Positions 14,780 to 28,015 of a stretch of DNA of 64,000 nucleotides are shown piece after piece; the stretch's first letter is position 1, and the number at the start of each line of letters is the position of its first letter. The stretch is from Octopus vulgaris (taxonomy: Eukaryota), in the NCBI GenBank assembly GCA_951406725.2, contig OX597837.1:17236001-17300000 (forward strand). Direction: 5' to 3'. Made by a program: the position numbers and the translations under genes. Below the pieces are notes generated by a model that was given only the letters and a program-made list of their open reading frames with translations, searched no databases and had not been told where the DNA came from.

Positions 14780-17700
14780 CAGAATTCTTTCTACCATCGG
14801 ATTACATTACCTTATTCATTCGGAATATGCCATTTCTGCATCTTGATTGTGAATCATTACAATTTGTCCATGACTCTTCCTCTTTAACTCATCTTCCCTC
14901 GACCTATCTTCTGTTCTACTTCCACTCTTATTTTCCCTCCTTCTCCTTTCCTTTTCCTCACCATCACCCACACATCGACATTCACACCCTCTCACCTTGC
15001 TTGACCTCCATTTCTTCTTCCAGCATCTCCCCTTGCTTCTCTTCCGTTTTCTTTCCACTTTTCCTCCTCAATGCCTGCAACTCTCTGTACAACTCTCTCA
15101 CTTGGTTTTTAAGAAATCTCGCCACTCTGGCTATGTCTCTTTCCCTAGCTGTTGCCTCCATTATCACGCCACAACCTCATGGCTTCCGCTTGAAGTTCCA
15201 TGCTACCCCCTATTCTTCTCCCTCCATCGAACCCATCCTCGCCTGCACTTCCCGCCTCCTCATCCGTGCTGCCATCCCGCTCTCACCTTCACTCCCTCGA
15301 CCATCAATTCCCTGAAGCTTACCTTCGCCTTTCATCCCTCTGCCCTCCACCCTTCATCCAACCTATTCTCTGCTTCCTTCTTGATCTCAACACACAAATT
15401 ACCAAAAACTCCACTGCCTCCTTAACCCTTCATCCACCTCTTCCTCTCACTCAACCTCAACACCCCCTCAGTACCCCAACACCTTCCACTCCCGCACACA
15501 CCACACTTTCCCCCTTGCACCCCATAACTCACATGCTCCCACCCAGACATTCCCACCCTACCCTTACCCCTGAACCATCCACACCTGAACATTTCCACCC
15601 CTATCCCCGACTCACCCATCCATTGCAGCCCTTCCCCACTCACACCTCTCCCAACCCCTCTCCCATAACTCCCACGCACTGTAGTCACTATACCACTCAA
15701 CCTTCCCCATCCGCTGCCAAATGCTCACTCCTCAGCCTGCAATTGCCCCACAGAATTCATCTCTAAATATCTTGGACCTCATCCTGTCCTCTTTAGGTGC
15801 TGCCCTCCCATCCCATATACATGACACCAATCACGCCCTTCGTCTTTTCAATTCCTTCTCCTTCCCTCATGCCTCCTCTTCACCTTGGACATCAAATTCC
15901 TATACAACAATGGTTTTTTAGTCTCCCAATACTTTCTCGATGGTCGCCCCAACCCCACACACAGCACCTCCACCCTTCTCCGTCTGGCAGAACTCGTCCT
16001 CACCCTCAACTACTAGACGTTCACGGGGGAATTTTTTTTACCGATAGTTGTCTGGCATCGCTATGGGAATGAGAATGGGCCCCAATTTTGCCAACCTATT
16101 TGTTGGTTACATTATAGCTCTGACCCCAGAGCTATATGGCAGCTATATAGACGACTGTATAGGCGCCACCTTCCTCTCCCATGAACAACTCTCCACTTTC
16201 ATCACTTTCTTACTTTACCCGTCTCTCCAATTTACCTATACCATCTCCGACACCTCTGTAAACTTCCTAGATATCTCCCTCACCTTTGACCTCCCCTCCC
16301 AGGATTTCGAGACACAGTTCCAGTACCTGGCCTGCCTGTTCATACATCGAGGATATGCCTTCCCCGTCGTCCAAACTATCCTTTTCCACGTTCGTCTAAT
16401 AGGACCGATCCCCCAACTACATCCCCTTTCCCCTCCTTTTCCACCCCTCCACCTTACCCATTCGTTGGAGGATCCTACTGGCTTTCCATCGTCTCCATCT
16501 AGATCCTACCACCCACCCCATCTTTGCCCTCCTTCAAACATACGTAACCTACGCCATCTACTAGTCCGTAGTACCTTTCCCTCCTCCATCCAAACCCAGC
16601 CCGGATCCTTCCCTTGCTCTAGTTCCCCCTGCCACACCTGTCCTTTCATCACCAACATCACCTCCTTCACTGCATCCAACCAGCACATCTTCCACATTAG
16701 AAACTCCTTCTTCTGTACTTCTTCCAGCCTTATCTATTGCATCAGATGTAATCTCTGCAACAAACTCTACGTTGGTCAGATGGGCTGCCGGCTGGCCGAC
16801 CGGTTCACTGAACATCTACAAGATGTTCGGCTACGTACGAACACCTCCGTCGCCCGTCATATTATCACTTGGCCAACCACTCTACCCCAAATATCTCCGT
16901 CTTCGGCATCCACCCTTACAGCGTTACATTTTCAGTCTACAAACAGAAACTCCTCTCGGACTCAACACGACCCCCTCCTCTCAATGACTGTTCCTATACC
17001 CTCCTTAAAAAATAACTTTTTATCCTCTCTTATATTCATTCACTTTTTTATAGCTTTTATTCGTTTTTTATCGATTTTTCATCGTTTTTTCCCGTCGTAA
17101 TTGTTTATTTTGATCCTTTATTTTATTTTATCTATTTATCTCCTTTTAACTTTCCTTTTTATAATTGTTTTAATTTCTATTTTATCTTTTTACTTTTATT
17201 TTGTATCTGTTATTTTTTATTCATTTTTCATTAATTAATTTTATTTTTCTCTTTTTCTCTATTATTTTAACTATTTTATTTCATTTTATTTTTACATACA
17301 CACACGCACACATAGATACACACACGTACATACACACACACGCAAACATAAACGCACATATTCCTCTCACATACACACACGTACATACACGCACACACAC
17401 ATACACACCCACACACAGCCTCATGTACACTCTCACATATACATACACACACACGCACACACATATACACACGCATATACACACACATGAACGCACATAT
17501 ACCTTCATACACATACACACACGTACATGCACATACACACGCACACACATATACCTCCCACACACGCTCGTACATACACGCACACACCTACATGAACGCA
17601 TGCATACACACACGCACACATACCTCCATACACACAACCCCACGCACACACATACACATACGCACGCGCATACCTACATGCACACATGCATACACACACG

Positions 17701-18310
17701 CACATACATGCACGCACACACACAGGAAAGCACATATACTTCCACACACACACACATACAAACCCAATATACACAAAACACACACAACTTACGCATATAC
17801 GCACACACACATGCACTTCAGTGTACCTCTCAAACATCCTACAACTGACCATCCCATTTATGCACATATGCAAGAAGGAAAAACTACACAAATGACCACC
17901 ACTCCTGTTACCATAGCTGCTGAATTCTTCCTACAACATTAACAAACACAATGATCACATGTATACATATAAACAGTTAATGCCACACAGTTACCACCAC
18001 CTGCATACACACACATGCACTCAGTTACCACCACCACACACTCATGCAATCACATACATGTGCATGCACATACCCATAATTAATTACACACACATACCTC
18101 ATTCTCTTACACTTTCCTGTCTTAGAAAGAACTTTTTCTGTGCCCATTCACTTCTGGTCATTCCAAAATGTACCTACATGTGGATTTTTCTCTTCCTTTT
18201 CTCTTGGAGTTCTCTCTGTCTTCTGTTTCTGAAGAAGAGCTTTGCTTGAAACGTAAAACACCCTTTCTTTCCTTTCCTGAGCATCTTTTAATACTATGCA
18301 TGTACCAGAC
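14780..18310 (+). mobile_element. Old degenerate Penelope-like element related to 6872-9060
   Basis: SGIAMGMRMGPNFANLFVG, YIDD, VNFLD, LIYCIRCNLCNKLYVGQMGCRLADRFTEH; (CA)-rich 3' UTR and terminal hammerhead. Confidence 0.85.
18224..18260 (+). ncRNA. Minimal hammerhead ribozyme
   Basis: tgttt-CTGAAGA-a-gagc(ttt)gctt-GAAA-c-GTA-aaaca, with canonical core. Confidence 0.75.
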
Positions 18311-18709
18311 TCCCTTATTCACCATTCTTCATGACAACAATGCACCCTATCACTGAGTTCTCCTCACTCATGGGTTTCTTGCTAAAGACAACATGATATC
18401 ACATGATGCACCCACCCTATTCACCAGATTTAGCACCTGTGGACTCCCATCTCTTTCCTAAGATGAAAATGCAGCTCAAAGTTTGCCATTTTAACACTGT
18501 TGTTGAGATCAAGAATGAATTGCAGAAGCTCCTCCACTCCTTACGGAAAACAACTTCCAAACCAGATTCCAAAAGTGACAGGAATGCTAGGACTTGTGTA
18601 TCCCTGTGCAAGGCGACTATTTTGAAGGAGATGATGTTAAAACTTAAGTAAATAAATCATTTTTCGTTAAACGTAACTAGTCCAGAAACTTTTTGATACC
18701 ACCTTGTAT
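18310..18709 (+). mobile_element. Mariner 3' fragment with TIR
   Basis: LHDNNAPYH, HPPYSPDLAPVDSHLFPKMK; terminus gaaactttttgataccaccttgTA. Confidence 0.85.
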
Positions 18710-18744
18710 GCATATATATTTGTGTGTATACACACACCCATGCA

Positions 18745-18900
18745 CATGATGAGCTTCTTTCAGTTTTTGTCTACTTAATCCATTCACAAAGGCTTTGGTT
18801 GTCCTGGAGCTAAAGTAGAAGACACTTGTCCAAAGTGCCATGCAGTAGGATGGAACCATGGTGGTTGTGTAGCAAACATCCTACCGCACAGCTATACCTG
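18745..18900 (-). mobile_element. tRNA-derived SINE, 5' part (octopus OK/OR-like family)
   Basis: Homologous to 32200-32610. Confidence 0.75.
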
Positions 18901-20169
18901 GACCAAAATGTATATATAAGAGATTATATAAATGGCAAGGGAACACGGAAGTATGTAACAAACTTCATTTTGATGAAGTCACTATATAATTTCTTATGCT
19001 CTGTACTCAGCTAATACTTTTCTGTGAAGGATAGGTTCTAACATGATTAATTAGTATAGTTTAAGCAAAATATTAATACAAACACACATACACACACACA
19101 CACACGCGCGTGCGCGCACACACACACACACACACATATACATACATATAAGTAATTTATATATATTTTAGTTAGGTGGTTGGTATTGTACAGAAGAATG
19201 AACAAAACAACTATTTTTGTGCTTGTGTGCTGTCATTGAAAAAGTAGATGTAACAAGGTCTCTTCATTGTTCTACAGCTGATAAATTATAATTCTTTCCA
19301 TAGGACATCCTAAAAATGACCATTCCATTAAAATCTGAAATATTTAACACACATTTTGGTAAATGTAATGACTCAACTAGACCAGTGCTGGAGTCCGCTA
19401 CAACAAAGCTTCCCAAGTTAAACTGTATTGCATTCTGGGTGTGATGAAAACAGTGGAGGAGGAGTGCAACAGATGCAACTGTACAGTTTTTAGTCTTTGT
19501 CTCCTATTTTCATATTAGTTTTTAAAAGGAAACTGTAATGTTAAAATAAATTGCTTTTTAGCAACAACAATAACAGCATCAATATTAACAATAAACATCT
19601 AAATGTAAATAAGCAAATAAACAAATATAAATATACACCACATATCTTTGTATTTTATCTTTTATTTGTTTTTGAATGAATCAGCCACAGTATTTATTTT
19701 ATAAGTTTGCTACATATTTTTAAAGTATGGCACTTATTTTGTCATCCCTTTAGCTACACTGCAAAGTTACAGGGCCAGTTATCAAGAAATGGAGGAGACA
19801 AACACAGATGCAAAGATATACACACACACATGCATATGTGCATAGAATACAGACATACATATTGTTGACATCATAAGAATCTATAAACATTTGAGAGAAC
19901 ATGAAATAATTCTTTTTTGGAAAAGTGGATCTTGAAGCACATAAATCTATGAATAATAGCATTTAAATATTGGATAGAATGTCTGTCATTTCTACAAGCA
20001 ATGTGGATTCATATCCCATGAGCAGCCTTTGATTTTTTTCTATTTAAAAAGGAGATTTTTCAACCCAATATTTACATCCTATTATTTATAGCTTTATGTG
20101 CTTTGAGATGCACTATTCCAAAATGGATACACACACACACACATATAGATATATATATACACACAAGTG

Positions 20170-20706
20170 AGCGTGGACAACCAATCTTATTCTAACAACA
20201 TCATGTGATCCACCTTCACCATTTCTTCATCATTTGTAATGTTCCTGGAAAAGGCATCTACATTCACCTGTGTTTGTTCAGTGAAATGCTGGACAACAAA
20301 CTGAAACCAAAAATTTGCATCAAATGCCAAGGTCTGTTGTCAAAGCAAGTGCCCTTATTGCTTGATAATGCATGCCCACATAGGTCCACCAACACCATTG
20401 AAACCATTGAAAACTTAGGTTTCAAATTGCTATTACAATTATAATCCAGATCTATGACTTCTTTGGACTGCTCAAACATTCTTTATGAGGTTGTGAATTT
20501 GCTATGGATGAAGAAGCACAAAAAGTGGTGCAACCTGGTGAAAACCTTTCCCAATGGAGTTAGCAAGTTTGTGGACTGCTGGAAGAAGTGCATAAAAAAG
20601 CAAGGAGACTATGTAAAAAATGATCTAACTGTGCAAGCTGTGTTTTTATTTTAATAAATTACAGAAACAAGAGTGCTGTATAGTTTTTGACTTAACCTCA
20701 AATCTA
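20170..20706 (+). mobile_element. Degenerate mariner 3' fragment
   Basis: LLLDNACPH; GVSKFVDCWKKCIKKQGDYV. Confidence 0.75.
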
Positions 20707-21447
20707 TATATTAATTGAAGTGCACAATATTTTATGTCCATTACAGTTGATCTTACCGATCGGTTTCAGACTAGGGGTTCAATAGAATGTTGGGTAACAA
20801 CCTGATTACATAACCTTGTGCTCTTCAGAGATGGCAGTTATGGAATGAAATATGGTGACTGCTCTCTATTGTTGGAAGTGAACAGACACATGTGGTTTGT
20901 AGTTGCAGTGAAAGAGATGATGAAATGAACCATGCATGGGTTAAAGTTAAGAGTTATGTCCCTTGTATCAACCTTTGCGTGGTTTGTTTCATCATCTTTT
21001 TCCCAGAAAGCACGAACAAAATATGTCTGTTCACCTCCAACATCCAACACCCTGGGGAACCCCCAGTGCGAAACTGATTGGTTAGACCAGTTGTAATGGA
21101 TATCTAATACTGTACACTTTGATTAATATGCCCACTCTATTGACAAATATACAAGTGCATATTTTTTCTGACTTATAGACTCTTGGATGTATATTCACAC
21201 ATGCATGCACACACAAACACACACACACACATAATTATATTTAAAACACCATATTTGATGGCATATAAAATGCAATTTTTCCTCAAAAAATGTCTCCAAA
21301 AAACGACCCTGGGTCTTATACATAAAGTTGGGTTTCCTATAAGCTAATTTTGTCTTTGATACTGTTTTTCCTGGATATGTGCTGCAGAAATTGGAGTGAT
21401 ATTAATATACCAGTACATCTTTTATGCCACCAAATTCAGTGAATATA

Positions 21448-21481
<34 letters not shown>

Positions 21482-22100
21482 ACACACACACACTCTCACG
21501 TATATACATTCATACATTTATACATAAACATATAATATGATATTATTAAAATATACAGATATGTGCAAATAATGGTTGTGTGGAAAGTGAATTTGCCTTG
21601 CGGCCTCATGGTTCCTGGTTGACCTCTCATGACACCTAGAACAACTGTCTTTTTTTTTCTAATAATGTTCACTAATAGCTTGTGCATGGAATTTGCTTCA
21701 CAAAAACTGTGCAAAAGACCTCTGTGTTTATGGGGACACACACACACACACAAATGTATATACATATTAATACAGGTCATGTTACCCTGAGGAAGCTCCC
21801 TCATTGGTTTGTTGTTGCATTGCAGTTGTTTGCTCCTAAGTCAGTAATATGAAGAGATGTATCATTACTTAAAAAATTCCAGCTGTGACTATGTAATCTT
21901 CATTCTTTTCACCATTTGACAGCTGATTTATGTTTCAAAGTATGTCAACCGATATTCAAAAGATTATAAAAGCTGGTTTGACACTAAAAGAAACACATTT
22001 TCTACATTTGATTTGAACATAGCATTTGTTAGGAGTTTTAGATTTAATAAAAATTATACTATTTGTATAAAAATCTTTTACTTTAGATTTTTGTTTCCCC

Positions 22101-22147
<47 letters not shown>

Positions 22148-22339
22148 TGTGTGTATGTGAATGTATGTATGTATGTATGTATGTATGTATGTATATATAT
22201 AAATATACATGTACACACATACACCCACAGCCACACACATACACGGGGCCAGCAATTTTGAGAGGCAGGTGTGCTAGTCAATTATATTAAGCTCAGTACT
22301 AGACCAATACATTATGTTATAATAATAATAATAATAATT

Positions 22340-22513
22340 TCCAATTTTTGCCATAAGGGCAGCTTGTGGGCAGGGGATTAAGTCAATTACATCGACCCCA
22401 GTGTGTAACTGGTACTTATTTAATCAACCCTAAAAGAATGAAAGGAAATTTCAACCTTGGCAGGATTTGAACTCAGAATGTAGCAATGGGTGAAATACCA
22501 CTAAGCATTTCAC
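22340..22513 (-). mobile_element. tRNA-derived SINE with a Meta-like core
   Basis: B-box-like gagttcaaatcc followed by a cctttcattcttttagggttgattaaataagtaccag core; other copies at 37285-37482 and 46170-46290. Confidence 0.7.
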
Positions 22514-23565
22514 AAGGAGAATCAAACCCCAGTCACCGTCATAAGAACCAGGGATACTTATCACTTTGGTAGAGCCATTAAAGTCACTTATGAAATTACA
22601 AATTGTTATATTCACACTCTTTCTTATTAATACAGTCCATGCCAATCGCTAACGTGAGGGGCACTGGATGGTACTGACCCCTCATGATTCAATGGTGCAC
22701 CTTCGGATTTAGAAAATACAGTTTACAAAAATCTTCCTGCAATACAAATTAGTTTCCACGCAAAATATTCCAAAGCATCCCCAGGCAACAGGCTTGATAC
22801 AGTCTGTTATGAAGGCTCAAAAAGTTTTGCTGCCCTTCTTCAACTCATAATTCAACTCTGCTTCTGTATACTATTAAGAAATAAATAATAAAAAAGTTAA
22901 TATTTATCAGTTTACTTGTGTTTCTAAATAGATACTGGGGCTCTTCCGTTATGGAATTGTTTTGGTTTCAACACAATCTCAGAACAAGTCACTTATCATC
23001 ATACAAATATAACTCTGATATCTACAATAATTTTGGCTTCTAATGCTTTTGGAATATTAAAACTCATGGACAGCTGTTGAAAAGTAAGGATATGTGTTGT
23101 TATAGAAATCTTATCCAACCCTTGCAAGCACAGAAAAACAGACATAAGATGATGATGATGATGATAATGATGATGATGATTCAAGAAAGCCAACTTTGCC
23201 TTTCATTATTCTGGGAGTCAATAAAATAAAGTATTGGAGGCAATTTGACTGTTGTTCATGTCACCTAGAACTTTTCCAGACAATGAATCTGCAGCTGAAA
23301 ATCCAAACAGTCCTTTTTAGTGCTGCTTGCACTTTAAGGGCAGTGAAAGACACATCAATGGAACAATGACACACTAATTCTGTAATTAACAGAAGCATGT
23401 GGTGTGCCCATCATTGTGTCATATGAGGAAGCCTCATCATTAATGAACCATAGAAAATTTAAAAGATGGAAGATTATTTTTAAAATTAGAAATATTCATT
23501 AGTGGTGGGGTTGGGTAACTTTATGTTGAGAGTTCTCTTATGTACATATCCCACCAACCACTGAT

Positions 23566-23765
23566 TCACAAGGTTTGAGGAAATTGGCATTCCGGTTCAA
23601 CCAAAATGAAATCATTACAAACAGTTTTTTTCTCTTTAGGAGCTTTGAACAAATTACTGTAGAGAAATATGTAGATTGTGCTAAGAATTAAAGTTGAAAA
23701 GAATGTCCATCCAGCAAATGCCATGAAGGTTGTATCATATGATTTGGTGACATCTCGGATATAAC
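23566..23765 (-). CDS. SLC16 transporter, last coding exon (TM12 and C-terminal tail)
   Basis: Acceptor ttcatgcAG|GT; translates GYIRDVTKSYDTTFMAFAGWTFFSTLILSTIYIFLY...QTL*. Not present in the ORF track. Confidence 0.88.
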
Positions 23766-24218
23766 CTGCATGAAGACAAAAAAAGTGTTAAAAAGAAATG
23801 AATGAAAAATAAAATAAATTACAAAATAGGCACAGTGTGGCTGTGTGGTAAGAAGCTTGCACCTTGGGCAAATGTCTTCTACTATAGCCTTGGGCCAAGC
23901 AAAGCTTTGTAAGTGGATTTGGCAGACGGAAATTGAAAGAAGCTCGTTGTGTGTGTGTGTGTGTGTCTGTGCATGTGTATATGTGTGCGTGTATTTATGT
24001 CTGTGTCTGCATCTGTCCTCTCCACCATTGCTTGATAACCAATGTTGGTGTGTTTACATCCCTGTAACATTAGCAGTTCGGCAAAAGAGACCGATAGAAT
24101 AAGTACTAGGCTTGCAAAGAATAAATCCTGGGATCTATTTGTTTGACTAAAGGTGGTGCTCCAGCATGGCCACAGTCAAATGACTGAAACAAGTAAAAGA
24201 GTATATAGGGATAGTGTG

Positions 24219-24278
<60 letters not shown>

Positions 24279-27200
24279 CCTCTAATACAGGATAAAATTT
24301 TTCGAAAAAAATTCTATCAATGGCCAGCGTATTAAAAAATACCTTTAAAGGTTAAATTTATAAACAACTTATAAACAAGGGCAAAACAAAAAAATTCTAA
24401 TGCCAAATATGCCGAAAATAGACAAATCGTCAATAACCATATAATTTATCACTATAAGCAGGCGTTTCGAAGTAAGCCAACAGAAATTTCTAAAAACTTC
24501 TGTTATTATCGTATCAGTCCCAATTTCAGAGTTAATTCATAAGAATTTTCTCCTCATTGGCGAAAATATCACATTACACCACCATTTATTTCTTACCGAA
24601 AATACGGTAAGAAATAAATGAAGAAGCAAACACTAAGTCATGAGCACACTTGATGAGGCTTCCTCATATGAGCACACTATCAATGGCCAGCATATTAAAA
24701 AAAAATACCATATATATATGGGGAGAATTCACAAAAAAAAACAAAAGATGAAGACAGGTGGTGTAGACAACAAACAGATGTATTAGTTTAATGCTCAGGA
24801 AGTGCTCCACAGAAAGAAACAAGGAGTGAAAATAAAGAATGCCAGACAGAGAGGTCACACAAGAGCTAGGAACAAAGGGAGATAATAAAGTAGTGGTGAT
24901 TTCAAACGAAGGTGCATGTGCGTGTGTATAAGAGAGTATGTATGTGCATCTAGAAGAAGGCTGGTGACCTTGACATATGTGTATGTGTAGGTGTGTGAAT
25001 GTGGAGCTGGGAAGTGGTCAGTGCTAGTGTGTGCGTGGTGGTGTGATGTGATGTGGTGTTGTGTGGTATGGTGGTGTATGGTGTTGTGGTGTGTGGTGTG
25101 GTGTGATGGTGTTGGGAGGTGAGGAAAGCAAGGGTGGGGTGTGGGTTAGGCTGAGAGGTGGGGTATGTGGATAGGCTGAGGGTGGGGTAGAGGTGGGATG
25201 GGATGAATTGGGTAGGAGTGGGGTTACGAGGGAGGGGTGATGAGGAAGGGGGAAGGGAGAATGTGGGTAGGAGAGAAGAGAAGAGAGAAAGAGAGTAGGA
25301 GTAGAGGGGTCGGACTAGAGTCGCCCAAAGGCTTGGAGAATGGTGCATTGGAGAGGTAGGGTGGTGGGGTGGTAAGTGAAGGGAAACGGGAGATAGCAGG
25401 GCAGGTGAGGGGGGAGAGAGCAGATGTACGGTCCACGGAATGTGCTCCTGCAAGGGCGGTTGGATAGTGGTGAGGGGATATCCACGTAGGATGAAGTGGC
25501 GAGCCATGAGTTGAGACTGAGTCTCAAAGTCACGGTTGCCACTACAGAGCCTGCATAGACGGAGGAATTGGGAATAGGGGATGGAAAGCTTGGTTTGTTT
25601 AGGGTGGGAGGAGAAGAAGTTGAGGTATGAGTGTGAGTCTTTGTGTTTGTAGTGGATGGAGGTGGTGAGAGTGGAGTGATGAATGCTGACTGAAATGTCA
25701 AGAAAGGAGACAGAAGTGTCAGAGATAGTGCAGGAGAAGTGGAGAGTAGGATGGAAAGATTTGACAAAAGAGAGGAAGGAGTCTAGATGTTCATGGGAGA
25801 GTGAGGTCACACTGATACAGTCGTCAATATAAGGGCCGTATAGTTCAGCCTCCTCTCACCATGCCACCAATGTTATCCAAGGGAAAGACAAAGACCAATA
25901 CAGCTTGGCACCAGTCATGTTGCAATTCATTTCTACAGCTGAGTGAACTGGAGTAACATGAAATAAAATGTCTTGCTCAAGAACACAACACACAGTTCAG
26001 TCCAGGAATCAAACTCATTACCTCATGATTGTGTGCCACTGAGCCAAATGGTAGTGTTGATCTGGGCAATGGAATGAGTCTACCATCCATGTAGGCCACA
26101 GGTACAATTTGAACTCATAATGCAAAGAGCTGGAATAAATATCACAAGACATTCTGTCTGATGCTCTGCCAAGCAAGTATCATCAACAGATACTTTATTT
26201 TATAAAACCAAGAAGGATGAAAGGCAGGATTTGAACTCAGAGTGCAAAGGGCTAAAATAAATATTACAAAGGGATTTATCCAGCACTCTAAGAACTTTAT
26301 CAATACTTTAGCAGGACTGAGAGAACATAAAATGTAGTGACCTTCACTTCTAAAATATGATGGAAACAGTCATAAACAGCAATGCCATAGATCACCACTT
26401 TGAGACTGTCTCTTCCCAGTGACCACAAATGTTTCTAGGGAGCAGATCTACAAGAGATGTTAATGTCTATGTCCTATTTTGGTGGTCTCTTGAAAACTTG
26501 AAAACACTTAAATTTAACAGATTATAAGAAGATAGAATATGTCTACAGAAATATTCTATACATTATATATTATATATTTCTCTATGATAATTTCAAAGAA
26601 AACACTGAAAGTATACGTCTGATTTCTCAGTTGCAGCATGCATTGACAAAGGCTTCACCAATCCATACACTATCAACTCTTGTGTACCATAAGGTTCAGT
26701 TGTCTCCAAATACCTATAATAATGTATGATAAATTGATCTCACTCCATAAGATGGTTAATGTGTATGTGTGTGTGTGTGTGTATGTGGGGTTATTGAAAA
26801 ATTTTTGAGAATCATTTCTAGCTGAACAAAATTATACTCAACTCACCTCCAAGGGATCCCATTACAATAGAAGCGAGGCCAATAAAAGTTTGTGAAAAAC
26901 CTAAGGCCATTGCATAATGTTCTTTGCCAAGAATATTTAAACAAAGGGTTGGAACAACAGAGTTCCTTATCCCTACAAATAAAGCTGATATTATTAGTAT
27001 GATACATAATACTGTGAAATTGTTTATAAATGGTAAAGAGAAAAGTATTGTACTGGAGACAATTCCACTAATAAAGAGAAGAAAGATTTCTGGAGGCCGA
27101 CATTTGCTTGGTAAAAAGGACATTCCTGCTGTCAGACCCCTGGAAATAGAAAGACAATAAATAAATAAATGAATGAATGAATAAATATAAGTACTTCCAA

Positions 27201-27961
27201 TTGATTATCATCATCATTATTATAAATGACTTTTGAATTACTAAACTTGGACTTGCATTTTAATACTTGATCAAGATTGACTGTCTAAAGTGTTCACATT
27301 TAAATTAAAATCTTGATAAAAGTCTTCTTATGGCAACTATATGATGAGATTTCATGTGATGATGAAGATCATCATCATATTCAGTGAGAGAGAGAGAGAG
27401 AGAAAGAAAGAGAAAGAGAGAGACAGATAGACAGAAAGAGAGAGAAGAGAGAGAGAGAGAGAGATGTCAACAATAAGTAATAGAGGTGGGAGTAATATTA
27501 GGGAGGGAGCATTTGGACAGCAAAAGAAAAATCCAAAGTGGAACTCATTACACAGTGGTATGATGGGAGAAAGCTGGAGTGATAATAGGGGCTCTTTCTC
27601 ATTACCAACATCATCATCATCCTTTTACATCTGATTTTCCATGGTTGTATAGGTTGGGCATGTATTCCCTGGCACAGCATTTTACCATTTAATGTGATCC
27701 TTTCTTGTCTTTATAATGCTTGGCCTCTGGAAATCAATCTTCACCAATTTTCTCTATGTCTTCATTATTCTCTCACTTCCACAAGTTGCATTCACTTATT
27801 ATACATTGACAAACAGAAGTTTCCTCTGAAATGGTCTGGAGAACTATAATAATTGACTCCCCAATTACAATACTCAGTGGAGGGTCTACAATTTCAGTAC
27901 TCAATGGAGATCCTACAATTTTTAAGAGACACAAAGGACTTTTTTTCTTTCATATATGATA

Positions 27962-28015
<54 letters not shown>

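Noticed and set aside
22520-22870. Unique-looking sequence with an acceptor-like site and an in-frame TGA (possible extra exon or selenoprotein)
   Set aside because: No recognisable protein motif or SECIS element, and the SLC16 frame already ends at 23566.
24440-24570. Hammerhead in a PLE-like terminal fragment
   Set aside because: The core is too decayed to fold convincingly.
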